A stretch of 63,785 nt of DNA, filler included, from Cercozoa sp. M6MM (GCA_040357565.1; 10 parts of 10 records of this genome joined end to end with filler, not necessarily neighbours in it), one strand, 5' to 3'; positions 36,833-49,880 are shown, counted from the whole stretch's first letter. Notes: generated by a model not told the origin, from the letters alone. Program-made: numbers and translations.

Positions 36833-38200
36833 ATGTCGTTGCAGGCACTGCGAGCAGAGAACTTTGACCCGGTGCGCTCGCTGGTGCAGGTGAAGAGGGA
36901 TACTTCTCGACCAGGAGATAGGCACTATATCGTGACACTCGATCTGCCCTTGTGTAAGTCCCACATGTGCAGACTGTGTCAGTTTTGCAGGGTGCGTTTC
37001 TGCTTGTTTCTTGTTGCAGTGGATGAGGCAGACGGACTTGGCAGCGAACGTGTCGTGCTGCACGGGTATTTTATGGCCTAAGTTTATTATCGCGCACCAA
37101 GGTGCGACAAAGGATCTCTTTCTCGTCGTCTGCATAGTGTGCTGGCCGACCTGCCGTGTGTCACTGAGATTCACAAGACCTTTGACGGCGAGACACATTA
37201 CAAGAGCGCCAACTGTAACTTTCTCTGGTCTGTTCAGTCGTCTAAAGCTCTTTACTCAGTGCACTGGCTCAGTGTCGAGAGTGCTTGTGTGCCGCGAGGT
37301 CGAGCAGGCCGATGAGGAGGTAGATCAGTGCTTTCAGACTGCTCTGTATGTGTCGTTTTCAGCTCACCTTCCCCTAGGTACCCGACACGATAGATTACAC
37401 GCGACTGGGCGACAAGAAGTCGCAACAAGAGCCTTACCAACTCAACAGTGGTACGCAAGTATCTACATCGTCCCCCTGAATGTTACCTACACTACACAGG
37501 CTTGACCCCACCTACCTCTGCCATTGTCGAGCGTATCTTTAAGCCAGTGTGTTGCTTTGTACTACCCCAAGACAAACTCGTCCTCAACACACAGTGTCTG
37601 CGTGTCTGTGTGCTTGCAGAAACGGCCGCACCAGTGCTCATGCCCGGACATGACAGCGCAGCACCCGTGGTGTCCCAAGTGTCAAGCCATTCCGATCCGC
37701 CGCATCCGCGCGGCTGTCAACGAACTCAAGCGCATCCACGACCGACTGCCAGGTGCAAGCCTGTGGACCCGTGTTTCGTGTGTTCACAAGTCACTGTGCT
37801 TGCAGAGGAAACGCACGAGATTGTCGAGGAGGAGGTGCCGGACCTGCGAGCGGCACCACAGAGTGTTCCGTCACTCGGCGTGCCACCTGCACAACCTCAA
37901 CGTCCGCACCGTCCGATCACACTGCCCAGACGGCCACCCAGCACTGCCTCGGCACAGCGTATCCCCGCTTCTCTGTTCTGCTCTTTGTCCTCATTCTTGC
38001 ACTTGCACAGGCCGTCCTCCGACACTAAAGCTGCGACGGCCCTCGTCGGTGCGGAGGAAGTGACTAAGACAACGGCTCTGTTTTGGCATCGCGTTTCACA
38101 AAAACTGGTATACCCGCAGAACCACTGTACTGTCTGCCTGCTTTGCAGTCCTCGTGTGTTTACCCAATACAGCTGCTCAAAATCATCATCCAGGACGAGC
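36833..38200 (+). CDS. Hypothetical Cys-containing multi-exon protein
   Basis: ATG 36833 and short exons with GT-AG boundaries. Cys/His clusters (CHC, CSC...CPKC). No family recognised. Confidence 0.4.
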
Positions 38201-38689
38201 AGTTAGTCTTGCGTCCCCTTGAAAAATCATCAACCAGGACGAGTAGTTAGTCTCGTGGCGGGTTGCTCGAGGCGAGTCCCTTGATGCAGTTTAGGTTACA
38301 GTTTAGATTACATCACAAAAACTAAAACGACATGCCGTCTCGCACGAGTCAGTTTTGGGAGTTCAGCTGGAACTCGCTTCGGTCAATTAGCGGTAGTTCT
38401 TGCCGCACTTGCCGCAGGCGGCAGCGTTGCCCGAGCGCGTCGGAGTGCCTGCAGCAAACAAAACGCCATATTGTTTTGGTGTCTCGTATCACGACGGAAT
38501 TGAAAAAAAGAGATATTGGAACAGGAAAAAAGAGATATTGGAACAGGAAANNNNNNNNNNNNNNNNNNNNNNNNNNNNNNNNNNNNNNNNNNNNTTAATT
38601 AATTAANNNNNNNNNNNNNNNNNNNNNNNNNNNNNNNNNNNNNNNNNNNNAGGGGGTAGAAGGTAAGAGGGGGGTAAAGTGTACATGCA

Positions 38690-39630
38690 GCGACAGCGTC
38701 GACAGACGCATGCACGCACGTCGACTGTCGCGCATGTCCCACCTGTCACACCAGGGGGTACAGGGGTCAGGACTTGGGAAGGGGGGTAAATCTCTACATT
38801 TTGAGTGTTGGCGACGAGTAGCAACTGGCCACGATGTTGCCATCTAACAGGGGGGTAAGAGGTATAGTAGAGGAGGGGGGGGGGGTAAAGTGCACCCAGC
38901 AACGACCACGCGCAGTCAGTCGTCATGCCATCCTCGATCTCACGCTATTAATGCGAAGGGGTAAAGAAGGTAAAAAAGGGGGGTAAAACAAGACACGTAC
39001 CAACAAGTGAGTCGCCTTGCCTGCCTCGGCGTCCCACAGAACGACCGAAGTGCCGGCACACGACGCCAAGATCTGCCTCCGCCCACTGCAACAGGGGGGG
39101 GGGGGGGTCAAGAAGCTTAGTGCAAAGTAAACAGTCCCACAAGTACCGACGCGGGTGAAACTGCAGAAAGTCAAAGGTCTGGCCCACTGCAGACATAAAG
39201 AAATACAGCAACCAAAAAGGGTGGCTACAATTTCACAACTGTACCGACACGCGGATGCTGGAACTGCAAGTGTTTAGACGCCGCTATGGCCGCCACACTG
39301 GCCGTGCCTGTGTCAAAACACACAGTGAGAGCACAGCAAATGACAGCAAAACGACTCAAGACTAGCTCCCACCACCCGAGGACGCACGTGCGATCTCGTC
39401 CAGTTTCACCAACTGCGAGCAAGCATTCAGTTATACAGTTAGATTACACACGCTCAGCAAACGCACCAGAACTCCAGAGCTACTGGCCACGGCGCAGGTG
39501 TCACCCAAAGCATCCCTGTTATATGTGAACACTTACATCGAGATACTGGACAGACAAAGATGGGGATGGCACGTTGAAAGCCAGCAGCCCGGTTTCGAGA
39601 ACATAGGCATCGACAGGAGCACTTCCATCA
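38690..39630 (-). CDS. WD40-repeat protein fragment
   Basis: LQFHP, WS...ILASCAGTSVVLWD, VRW...LLLVANTQNVEIWDMR WD-type repeat endings. Confidence 0.65.
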
Positions 39631-40031
39631 TGCTTATTTGTGTATTAACACGCGTCTAAACATGACTGTGCCCCACAAAGCCTTCTAAATCCTGGACCGA
39701 AGTCGAATGTGATGATTGTTTTAATGATTATGATCCCCATCTTCTGCTTCTGTCCTGTCTCTGGAAAAGTTGTAAAACACTTTCTAACAAGCCTTGGTAT
39801 GAAACATCATTCTCTACAAGTGTATACTCATCACTGATCACTGATCAGTGAGTGTTCAGAAAAGACAAAATTTCTTTCATAAAAATCACCAAAAGCATCA
39901 TACGCGACGCCAGACCTCCTGGAGCATATCAGGAGGCGTGCTTAGCAATCGATAGACGCCTGGGCGTCGTCAAACGTGGTGCCCTGAGAGAAAACTCTTT
40001 TTGTCTTCTTTTCTCGTGTACAACTGTAACG

Positions 40032-40520
40032 ATGCTGCGAGCGACGCGAGTGGCGTGTGCACGCTCACGTGGACGCCTGGGCCGTATGATCGGCGCCGTT
40101 CGTTACAGCAGCCAGGTGTGTCCGCCACCTCAGCAAAAAAAGGCGTGATCGATCTCGATTAGTTGTGTTTGATCTCTGTGTTAGCTCATTCCGCCGCCAG
40201 CCTGGAACGATGACGAGGGTACGTTGGGGGTCTACTTTTGCAGTATGTGCTCTTGGGCAAGTCTGCAAAAAGCACAACTGTTGTGCAGAGGAGGAGGACC
40301 AGGTAGACGAGGTGCCTCATGCCGTGGTGTCGGCGTTCGACATGTTCAGCATCGGCATTGGACCCTCGTCGTCGCACACGGTAGGAGCGTTTTGTTGTAT
40401 CCGGCTGTACGCGCGGACAGGGACGAATGTGCATTGTGCAGGTCGGTCCGATGCGTGCGGCGGCCAAGTTCGTTCAGTCGTTGTCTCCGACCATCAAGCA
40501 GCAGACCGATCGCATTCGGG
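40032..40520 (+). CDS. sdaA: Iron-sulfur-dependent L-serine dehydratase (SdaA type) with mitochondrial-like presequence, 3' truncated
   Basis: Spliced [29 protein letters not shown] is the SdaA/SdaB N-terminal signature. Preceded by MLRATRVACARSRGRLGRMIGAVRYSS. Confidence 0.9.
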
Positions 40521-40644
40521 TGTTTACCCCCCTGTTTACCCCCCNNNNNNNNNNNNNNNNNNNNNNNNNNNNNNNNNNNNNNNNNNNNTTAATTAATTAA
40601 NNNNNNNNNNNNNNNNNNNNNNNNNNNNNNNNNNNNNNNNNNNN

Positions 40645-40680
<36 letters not shown>

Positions 40681-40685
<5 letters not shown>

Positions 40686-40791
40686 GTTGTGGGTGCTGAT
40701 TCACGCACCTCTACCGGCAGCTATGTGTACAACCGCGCGACTGACAAGTTGTGCCAGCTGCACGATAAAATCTTCTGCTGCGTCTCTGGTG

Positions 40792-40836
<45 letters not shown>
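40681..40836 (+). repeat. Exact inverted duplicate of PSMB6 exon 2 between microsatellites
   Basis: Reverse complement of about 41160-41287, bounded by (GT)n and (CA)n tracts. Confidence 0.85.
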
Positions 40837-40838
<2 letters not shown>

Positions 40839-40854
40839 GGAAGATAGAGGTACG

Positions 40855-41066
40855 AGCAAGTAGTCCTTGTACTCGTAGCAGTACTGTTGGGCGAACTTGG
40901 CAGCACGTGCCACTGTGGGCGTGCGCTCCTCTGACACCTCGGCCAGCTCGAGCTGCACCTTCACGTTCTCCGTCACGAACTGCGAATCCGCCGCGCTGCC
41001 TGTATTGACACACCATGGTTGTTGTATGCATGTGTGTTGCGTGTGTGATGTGTGTGTGCGTGTGCA

Positions 41067-41116
<50 letters not shown>

Positions 41117-41126
41117 NNNNNNNNNN

Positions 41127-41176
<50 letters not shown>

Positions 41177-41445
41177 CACCAGAGACGCAGCAGAAGATTT
41201 TATCGTGCAGCTGGCACAACTTGTCAGTCGCGCGGTTGTACACATAGCTGCCGGTAGAGGTGCGTGAATCAGCACCCACAACGACACCGCCGTCGAACTC
41301 GACTGCCATGATCGTTGTCTGCAGAAGCAAGAACACACATCGAATCGACCCCACCCCAACGAAGGAAACGTACGCCGAGCTTGACTTCACCGTCGCGCGG
41401 CCGGTGTCCGAACTCAGCCAGATCAATCTGTTTTCCGCCTGCCAT
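40855..41445 (-). CDS. PSMB6: 20S proteasome subunit beta1 (3' truncated)
   Basis: Propeptide ...GEVKLG then mature [53 protein letters not shown]...CYEYKD. Confidence 0.93.
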
Positions 41446-41727
41446 CCTTTGCTTTTCTGCGTGCGCTGCCGGAAATGCCTTGTGTCACCGAATCGCCCAG
41501 TGGAACGAAAAAGAAAAAGAAAGGCTCGCTGTTGCAAAAAGTCCCCTGTGACGAAGCGCGTCAAAGTCGTGCTAGGCCGCTTGTAAACCGAGCTGTATCA
41601 CTTTTTGTGATCACTAGCTTGCAGGAAATGCAGCACAGCCGTGGTTTTGCCTGGAAAAGAGTGCAAAATATTAAAACCTGCCCGATTAGAGTACTTTCAA
41701 GCGACGTTAGTATATCCAGGACCCGTA

Positions 41728-42687
41728 ATGTCACGCAGACCAGCTGCTGGGCGGTTTAAAACCCCTGGTGAGTCTCGCTTCAAAACAGCACCTTGTTGGC
41801 GATGACAGAGTCATGTAGAAAGGGGGCGATCGAAGCGGATACTCTGTGAACGATTGGAGGAAGCGCGAAGGCAGCACCGTGAAGCCATCATGAGCCAGCT
41901 GCGCAACAGGGGTATCGTTTGCTTGATCAAGCTGTTTTAGAAATTGCACTGGCAACAGGGAGGAATGAGAGACAACAGATCGCACAACAGTGGTCGCAAA
42001 GACTCATGCACCAACACCGACAGAGCAACACGGGTAGATAACCATCATGTGTCTTTTTCTGTGACTCGCGATGACCGACGTTTGTAGAAATGCGTGATAA
42101 CGACGATTCGCTGTCGGAAGAGGAACTTGCAGCACTGCAGTTCATCGAATCCCAGATTTTGGAGGACCTTCAAAGGGTACTTTGTAACTAACCTGGACGC
42201 CATGTTTCGCTTTGTCTTTTTGCATGTGTTCTAACGCAGGAAGAAGAACTGATGCACATCGAAACAGAAACAACTGCTCCTGATGACGGCAGTGGCGTGT
42301 ATTTCCCTTTTTTCTCTTTTCATGTTTTCGGTTTCTGGTTCTGTGACTCGCTGCTGCCTTGCCAGGATCTGTCCGGCGTGTCGGCAACAGTGTCTGCGGT
42401 ACCAACTCGGCGTATTTTTGTGTCCTTGCGGCTTCCGCTTCAGCGCCGGTCACTGTGCCCGTATTTTTTCTGTTGTCAGTGTTCAGTCACTGACTGGCAC
42501 TAGCTTGTTTTGAGCAGCTGTAACGCCGCAAACGTTGTCGCAGATGCTTGAAGCCGCAGAGGAGCAGCACTGCAGCAGAGGGTGCCGGCAGACGCCAACG
42601 GCACGCGTGGTGCCGCTTCCGCCTGCCGGCAAGGATGCCGTTTTGCTGTACTGCACCGCGTGCCAGTGGGAGTGCCTCGCATGTTAA
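41728..42687 (+). CDS. RPAIN: RPA-interacting protein (RPAIN/RIP)
   Basis: N-terminal CERLEEARRQHREAIMSQLRN, acidic middle (EELAALQFIESQILEDL), C-terminal zinc region ICPACRQQCL...CPCGF...H...C...LLYCTACQW. Confidence 0.75.
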
Positions 42688-42790
42688 TGTAGCACAGATG
42701 ACGTGATTGGCTGTATTACTGTACTGCGACATTCACACGGTACGATCGCACGTACCGCGCCGTACGCGTACGTACAGGCAGTAAAATTCT

Positions 42791-42978
42791 GGGTATGGCG
42801 GGGTTTTTCAAGGCCAAATCTGAATATACCCAATTTTACCCCTATCCTCGTTACCCCTTTATCCCCGTTACCCCTTATCCCCGTTACCCCTTATCCCCGT
42901 ACGTCTAATAAAAGCAGTTTGAGTGCGGTCTTAGGGGGGGGTTCTGATTTTGCCTCGAAAAACCCCGCCATAGTACCC
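42791..42978. mobile_element. MITE, Mutator-like
   Basis: About 35-bp TIRs GGGTA(C)TATGGCGGGGTTTTTC(A/G)AGGC(C/A)AAATC-like at both ends. 9-bp flanking direct repeat TAAAATTCT / TAAAATTCC. Internal (TTACCCCTTATCCCCG)n. Confidence 0.75.
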
Positions 42979-43049
42979 TAAAATTCCACGACTCGCGCCG
43001 CGCTGTGAACGCGAATTAGCTGGAAGATTCACCCAACTCGAGCTCCCGG

Positions 43050-44123
43050 CCAACTGGCAAACGGTCCTTGTCACTCATTGGTCATACGATGATTGCACCG
43101 TCAAGTTTGATCAGTTTCCCTTTGGTCACTTTCTTAGTTCTTGCGCTGCTTGAGTGCCTCAGCGTTGGTGTCAACACCAACGACGGTCACCATCTGTGCA
43201 ACAACAACAAGTTAGACTTGACCAAGCCAAAAGCAAGCGAAGAAGGAGTTTAGATACCGACTCGTGCACGTGGTACTTGACAATAAAAGCATCGTATCGC
43301 AGCTCAAACACCTCGTCCGTCTGGAGAGACAAATCAATTCAACTCAACGCACGCAGGTCGTAACAAAAAAAAAAAACAAAACAGCACTACAGCAGTCTGA
43401 CGACGGTGCATAGAGCGCATGTCGCGCGAAAGCAACGCATCGAGTGCCTCCTTCAGTTGTCTGAAGGAAAAGAACCATTATCCGCGCGGATGGAAGGCGA
43501 AGAAAAAATATGATCGTACTGAGGATTGTCGAGGTAGAAAAAGGACAAGCTTTGACGCTGCTCGAGTGCCTCTTGTGCCTCATGTGTCCACTCAACTGTG
43601 TCAAAACGAAGCGAGCTGTCCGTGGCCACCCTGTTTGACATTTTTGAGAAATGTATACGTCCCCTCCTTTTTGGCAACAGGCACAAAAAGGCACACCAGT
43701 CGGGCGACACAGCCTGCACCTGCTGTCCATCAGCGTAGGGCACGAACGGCTTCACGTCAATCACAGGCGTACCGTCCACCAGGTCGTGTCCCTGGACCAG
43801 CACGCACTTGTACTTGTACACCAGCAGCAAGAACACTGCGTCCTGAAGATACCGAGATTTCAATGCCGTCCGACAGTACACGTTCAATCTTGACGAGTGA
43901 GAGACCTAGATTTAAGTCGAAATTGACAGAGATTTTCCATAAGGCGAGTGTACCAATATTGGAAGGACGATGCGGCGTGCGGCAAGCCAGACAGCCGACC
44001 TTTTTGCCTCCTGTAGAGTGCAGAAACAAAACTACGTCAGCGGACAGAATGCATTCTGTGTCCTTGGCAGCGGAATACCCAGACGGGGCGGTGTCACTTT
44101 GGCCTTACAGCGCATGCGCTTGC

Positions 44124-44125
<2 letters not shown>
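43050..44125 (-). CDS. TRMO: tRNA (t6A37) N6-methyltransferase TrmO/TsaA (5' truncated)
   Basis: KAKVTPPRLGGKKVGCLACRTPHRPSNIGLSLVKI...GHDLVDGTPVIDVKPFVPYAD...PDW. Confidence 0.92.
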
Positions 44126-44172
<47 letters not shown>

Positions 44173-44274
44173 NNNNNNNNNNNNNNNNNNNNNNNNNNNN
44201 NNNNNNNNNNNNNNNNTTAATTAATTAANNNNNNNNNNNNNNNNNNNNNNNNNNNNNNNNNNNNNNNNNNNNAC

Positions 44275-44341
<67 letters not shown>

Positions 44342-45041
44342 CGAGAAACGCAGGGCCGAATGCAGCGATACACTGCCGAAGTGACACCTGCCTTTGCTGC
44401 GCTGTTTGATTCGTCCAAACCGTTCACATGCACGAGGTTAATCCTGTTTGACAAGCATCTCCTCTGTCAACACAATCACAATGGACTTGTGTTGCCAGTG
44501 CCTTCCATCAGGCCTACGCGGCGGTTGCTCCTGACGACGGCGATGATCATCATCAAGACAGGTTGTGCGCACCTTGGCACGTTCAACGCAGCACCGAACT
44601 CATAAAATCACAGACACCGATGCGGTAAATTACCAACAATGCTGCATTCTTGCCGGATCCTGTGTTTTTTGCATTTTTAAACTTACTGTATCAAAAGGGT
44701 GATGGCATCGTCGACGATGTTGATTGGCATGCGCGCACTCCGTTGTGCAGGCTATTGCTCGCTGCAGCAAGTGAGAGGTGCCATGCTTGACGAAGACCCT
44801 CCACGATCCAAGTCGAAACTAAATTTATCAGTGAGATACCTGTGGCAGTGCTTGCAGTGCTTGAAGCAACGAGGCACCTCGCAGCGGTGACAATCATACG
44901 GTGTTCACTAACGCTGGCCGGCCACCGGGATAAGTTTGTAAAGAACTCGGTTTGCTCAGCTGAAGTTTCAACAACGCTTCAAAAGCGAGCCGCAGACTTC
45001 GTTCAAAGTCAATCCGCGAAAGTGCGTCGCGTCACATATCC

Positions 45042-46306
45042 TCAGCCAAAGAACTTCGCACGCCAGCGACTGTAGCTAGCGACATTGGCAGCACCCTGCA
45101 CTTCGTCGGGATGCCAAAAGAACGACTGCGTCGGCACGTCTTTGAGCTTTGCCACAAAAGTCTCTAAAGAAACACAACGCGATGAACGCTGCCCGCGAGT
45201 CGAGCAGAAACTATGGGGCTACCTGCAGCAGCAGCGACACCCTGCAGGAAGTGCAGGCCCTCTTGATCGAACATTGAGCAGTTGCCGTAGATGTCTTCGT
45301 TGTAAGTGAAGTTGACCAAACGACGCACGGCGGCACAGGCCAATTCCACGACACCGAGACGACCCTCAAACACCCACTTGTCACCAGTACCGACGCTTTC
45401 CAAGGGCAGATCATCCTCGGCAAGGCGCTGCTTGAGGAAGTTTTCCATGCGATGCAGAGAAAGCTGCACTCCTTTGTCCTCCCAAAGCTCCTTAAATTCC
45501 TCCAAAGATTTTGTCTCAACGATTCCGCCCACGCGCGACACCATCTCTGCCAATGCAAACCGCATATTCTCGCCTTCCACTGCCAGCGGTGGCCAAAAGC
45601 AGTGCTTGAGAAAACACACCAGTCACGGCGTCGATAAAGCTGCGGTAATAGCATGTGTTTCGCACGCGTATATTCAAGAATGCGAGAACATTGTATTTAC
45701 GCAGACTCAGTACCTTGTTTCGAGAGCGACTAAAGGACTGGAGGTGTCGCCAAGCAAGCCCGCAAGGCGTGCCAAATACGTAGCGATGTTCTGTGTCAAA
45801 CGCGGAAATCCTTGTGCAGGTTTTTACTGCAGGTGGGCGAAGAATCTGTGGTGATGGTACCGTCCTCAGCCTTCACCTCTAGAATCGGGTACTGGCCGTA
45901 AAGCTACAAGAACACCGATCACGCAATTCATTTGTAATCGTCCTGTACTAAGTTTCTTTAGTGTACCGATATTGCGCCGGTCTCTTCTTTCATCTGCAAA
46001 CCTTTCTTAGCATACGCTTCTTCGAACGGTAAAGGGCGGTGTTTCACATCTGAAACTTCAATCCCCTACAATTATCAGGATACATACGGAAGCAATTCCG
46101 ACTGCACAGGTCACGTGTCGTTTATGGTAAAGCACCTTTGCACGAAGCAGTGGAGCACCAACTTGACAGATCATGCGGGACAACTCCCCAGAGGCAGGAA
46201 AGTCGAAGTAGCTGCGTAACACAAGCGGCTTAACGTATTTCTAGCCACAAACCACCTCCAAAATCTCGCAGAAATACTGGAGAGCGATTTTGCGTGGGTT
46301 AGACAT
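45042..46306 (-). CDS. Divergent glutathione S-transferase, paralog A
   Basis: MSNPRKIALHYFDFPASGELSRMI, YGQYPILEV, QNIATYLARLAGLLG are sigma-like GST N-domain motifs. Paralog of 52942-54225. Confidence 0.75.
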
Positions 46307-46675
46307 TTTCTTCTACAGAGCAGGCTCGCAGTTAGGCAGGTCTGGTTAATGCGAGAATGAACTCTGTCGTCAAAACTGCGAAACTCAGGCCAGGCTGGTT
46401 TATCCGCGCGGACGAACGGTCGGGTCTGTCGCAGGCACACGCCAACTGGTTCGGGCGGTTCAGTCAAAACAAACTGGCTGCGTGATCCCAGCGGGTTCCG
46501 AATAAACAATACAATCAGTTTAATTGAAATGTTATTGACGAAAAGACTATATAAATGAAGTTAGTCCGTATGCGGGATCTCCTTTCGTTTCTGATTGGGC
46601 CATTGTGCCGGAGTAACAAAATCAGGAAGGGACGCCCGGCCAAACACGACATTAATCGATCACGCCGTTTTCAAC

Positions 46676-47399
46676 TTAGTCCTCCTCGGCAACGGTCTCG
46701 AAGTCCACCGCATCCGGCACCTCGTCGTCACTCTGTCAGAAAAACCTACTATTGCAAGCAGATTGAATCACAGGCGGAACGCACCTCAGCCTCCTTCTGG
46801 GCGGCGGCCGAGGCCTGGAGCTGCGAAGCCACAGCCTGCACACGAACCAATCAATGATAATGCAAATGACAAAAAGCAACACAGACAAAAAGCAACAAAC
46901 CTGGAGCTGCTGCACGTTGTCAGTGCCGAGCTGCGGAAGGATGCCCGGGAGCAGGTCCGTAAGGGTCTTCTCCTGAGCGTCACCGCGGATCATGAAGGTC
47001 TGCGCCTGCGGGGCAGCCTGAACTACACACACAGAAAGCACGCATTTTAAGTGTATCTGTTCACAGAGATGAAAACGGTCAGTACCAATCGGGCGCTCGA
47101 AGTGCACGATCTTGCCGTCAGCCATGAACATGTTGACCTCGTCTACATTGACCAGTCAAGCTATCACAGCCCACACTCTGCGCACACAACCCCAATAGTA
47201 CCAATGTCCTGCATGGTCGACGAGCCGAGCTTCTTCATGTGGAGCTGCAGCTTCTTCTCGTTGGTGCCCGAGGTCTTCTTGGCCACGGGACGGCCTACCA
47301 TCGCACCTCAGTCAAACAAACAACCAGAGCAGAGACAAGTTGTCACGCACCACCGACACGACGGCCACCGACACGACGCACGGGAGCAGGCTTCACCAT
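46676..47399 (-). CDS. BTF3: Nascent polypeptide-associated complex subunit beta
   Basis: EKKLQLHMKKLG, EVNMFMADGKIVHFERP, VQAAPQAQTF, LTDLLPGILPQLG, DEVPDAVDFE. Confidence 0.93.
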
Positions 47400-47809
47400 C
47401 TTGCAGCTAGTTTGGGCTGCACACCGAGAAACAACATAAAACGAAAGCGAAAACGAAATCTCGCGCTGGGAAAACACAAAAGACGCGCGTACGCGCCGCG
47501 CTAGAACGCGGCGACTGCACGATTGATGTGCAAACACCGAGCACATCATCCGCAGCGAGTGGCTCAAGTAGCGCCGTCGACAAAAAACAAAAACGAAAAC
47601 TCTTGGTGGGAGAGTTCGAAAGCCATACAGTACGTCCTATAAACAGACAAACCTGTGGGAGAACAAGCACGGAGTGTAGCAGCGAACAGACTTCGCCGAT
47701 TCTATTTTAATTAAGCCTGCGGTTTGTTTCTGACTGTAGCCGCCGTTTTTCGCAGTGCAACACAGAGCAGGAGCTTACCCATAGGTGTGCATAGTGCTGT
47801 TTCGGTGCG

Positions 47810-49833
47810 ATGACGGCGCAGCGTGCCGCCCGACTCGGCGTGCTGATCGGGAGGATTTGTCGACGCCGCGTGCGCGTAAACCAGCGTCTGACCAGTGCCA
47901 TGAGTGCACAGATGTCGCCGGAGTCGCAGGAGCACCACGAAATTGCAGCTCGATCTGACGATGAAAATGATGCCAACCAAGCTAACGCCGACGGCGAGAG
48001 TTTCGACAGTTTCGGCAACGTGAGCGAATTCATGAAGGTACCGTCAGTTGCATTGCTGTTTTTAAGTGCAGTTTTATCGGTCTTTCTGTCCACAGGTTCT
48101 CACTGCGACGCGACAGGCACTGCGAGCTGGCCGTGTTCCGCAAGTACAATGCGTCACCTATGTTTCCATGTGTGTTGAATGCACACCCGTGCTGTGGAAC
48201 AGGTGGGTGACCTGTGCCTGCTCGCAACATCGGCACTGCAAACACGCGGTGCCAATGCGCTAGAGTGGAACAAGGTACTCTGCGAATACACATCCTTTTG
48301 TTAGCAGAGCATCTATTCACGTGCAGATTGTTGATGCAATCGAGGGTATCTGCGACGACTTTGTGCTCAAGGAGAACGCGTATCTGCGGACGGCCATCGT
48401 ATGTTGCACACCTATCCTTCCCTATAGTTAAGATGATGAGAAGAGAGGGGAAACCACTTGCGACAATCTGTGTGACAGGCCTTGCTGCGAGTGCGTGCAC
48501 TGATGGATCGATGCATCGCGTCCGACGTCTTTACTCCTGCTGCCTCTGCCAGTACCGTGTTCTCTTTGCACTGTGTTGTCTGTGTCTGCGTACACACACG
48601 AAAAGCATGGCCTTACAGTGGACAGCGCCATCGGACACGACCGGCAGCGCTTTCTCGAGGAGCGGTGGTGGCCCCATTTCGCCGAGTCAAAGTATGTTGT
48701 CCATCAACGTGTGTTGACCCGATTGATGGCATCACTGATATTGCCCTGTATCTCGACAGACTTCGACAGCGAACGCTGAGAAGGCACGGCAGTTTAAGTG
48801 TATTGCTTTCTCTATCTGCGCTAGCTAGCTGCATTAAAACTGGAGGAGAGATATGATGTGACACATCAGACAATGTATGCCTTCGACGATGCCACCTCAG
48901 CCGAAAAAACCGAGTTCTCCAAGGTAGACGTGTCGGCTCTTGCGCGTGTGTGCGCCTTGTGTGCTTGTATTCGTGTGGTTGTTGGTGCAACAGATGACTT
49001 CGCTGACAACGATTGACGATGCTATCGTTGACAGGTGCCTCGGTTCTCATCCTGCTGTTTAGCCCCCAAAAAATGGCCACTCGCTGTAGCGATATTGATG
49101 TGCCGCCACTCGTTGTTGCACTGGACGCGGTATGCTCTCCCTCTGTGTCCTGTCTCTACTCTAACTTGCTGTTACAGGCACTCAAAAAGGCAGTGAGATA
49201 CGCTGGCAAGATGCCGGAGGAACAGAGGTACCTTGCAGTGCAGTTGCAGTATATCTAGAGTACTCTGAGAGACCCCGCTTGCTGTGCAGGCACATGCTTC
49301 CGTTGGACTACTTGGTACCCGACGTGTGGTCCGTGCCACCGCACGAACAGCGCCGTCCGGGCGGGTACCCTGCCTCCGCATTCCATGTTACCCGTTCTGC
49401 TTTAATGTGTGTAATAGTATGTTGCAACCGGAACAGTCGAACGACTTGGCTTCAATCGAGAACAACTCGGCGGCAGTAGTGCCACTCAGTGACAAGGTGC
49501 TTTACCCCCCCCCCCCGTTAGTCCCATAGTTCACTTGCCTTCCCCGCACAGAGAAGGCTCGGCAATCGAGTGCTCAAACTCGCCTTGCTGTGTAGCAACG
49601 ATACCGTGCTGATCGCACTCGCTGATTGGATGGTACTGTGATTTCCTTTCCCACTGACTGACTAATCGACAGTGTGCGCTTTAAACAGACGGTGCCAGAC
49701 GGTCGCGTCACAGTTAGTGAGTGGGGTGACCACTTGGCACGTGTCGCTTCTGCCATGTCACGTGCCTGTGTCGCACTCGAACTCGAGGGGTCGCCTGTTG
49801 CCTGTACCACTTTTGTGTGACGGTTTGTGTTGT

Positions 49834-49880
<47 letters not shown>

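Noticed and set aside
39700-39850. C/D box snoRNA (TGATGA...CTGA)
   Set aside because: No terminal stem or recognisable rRNA guide; the boxes are expected by chance.
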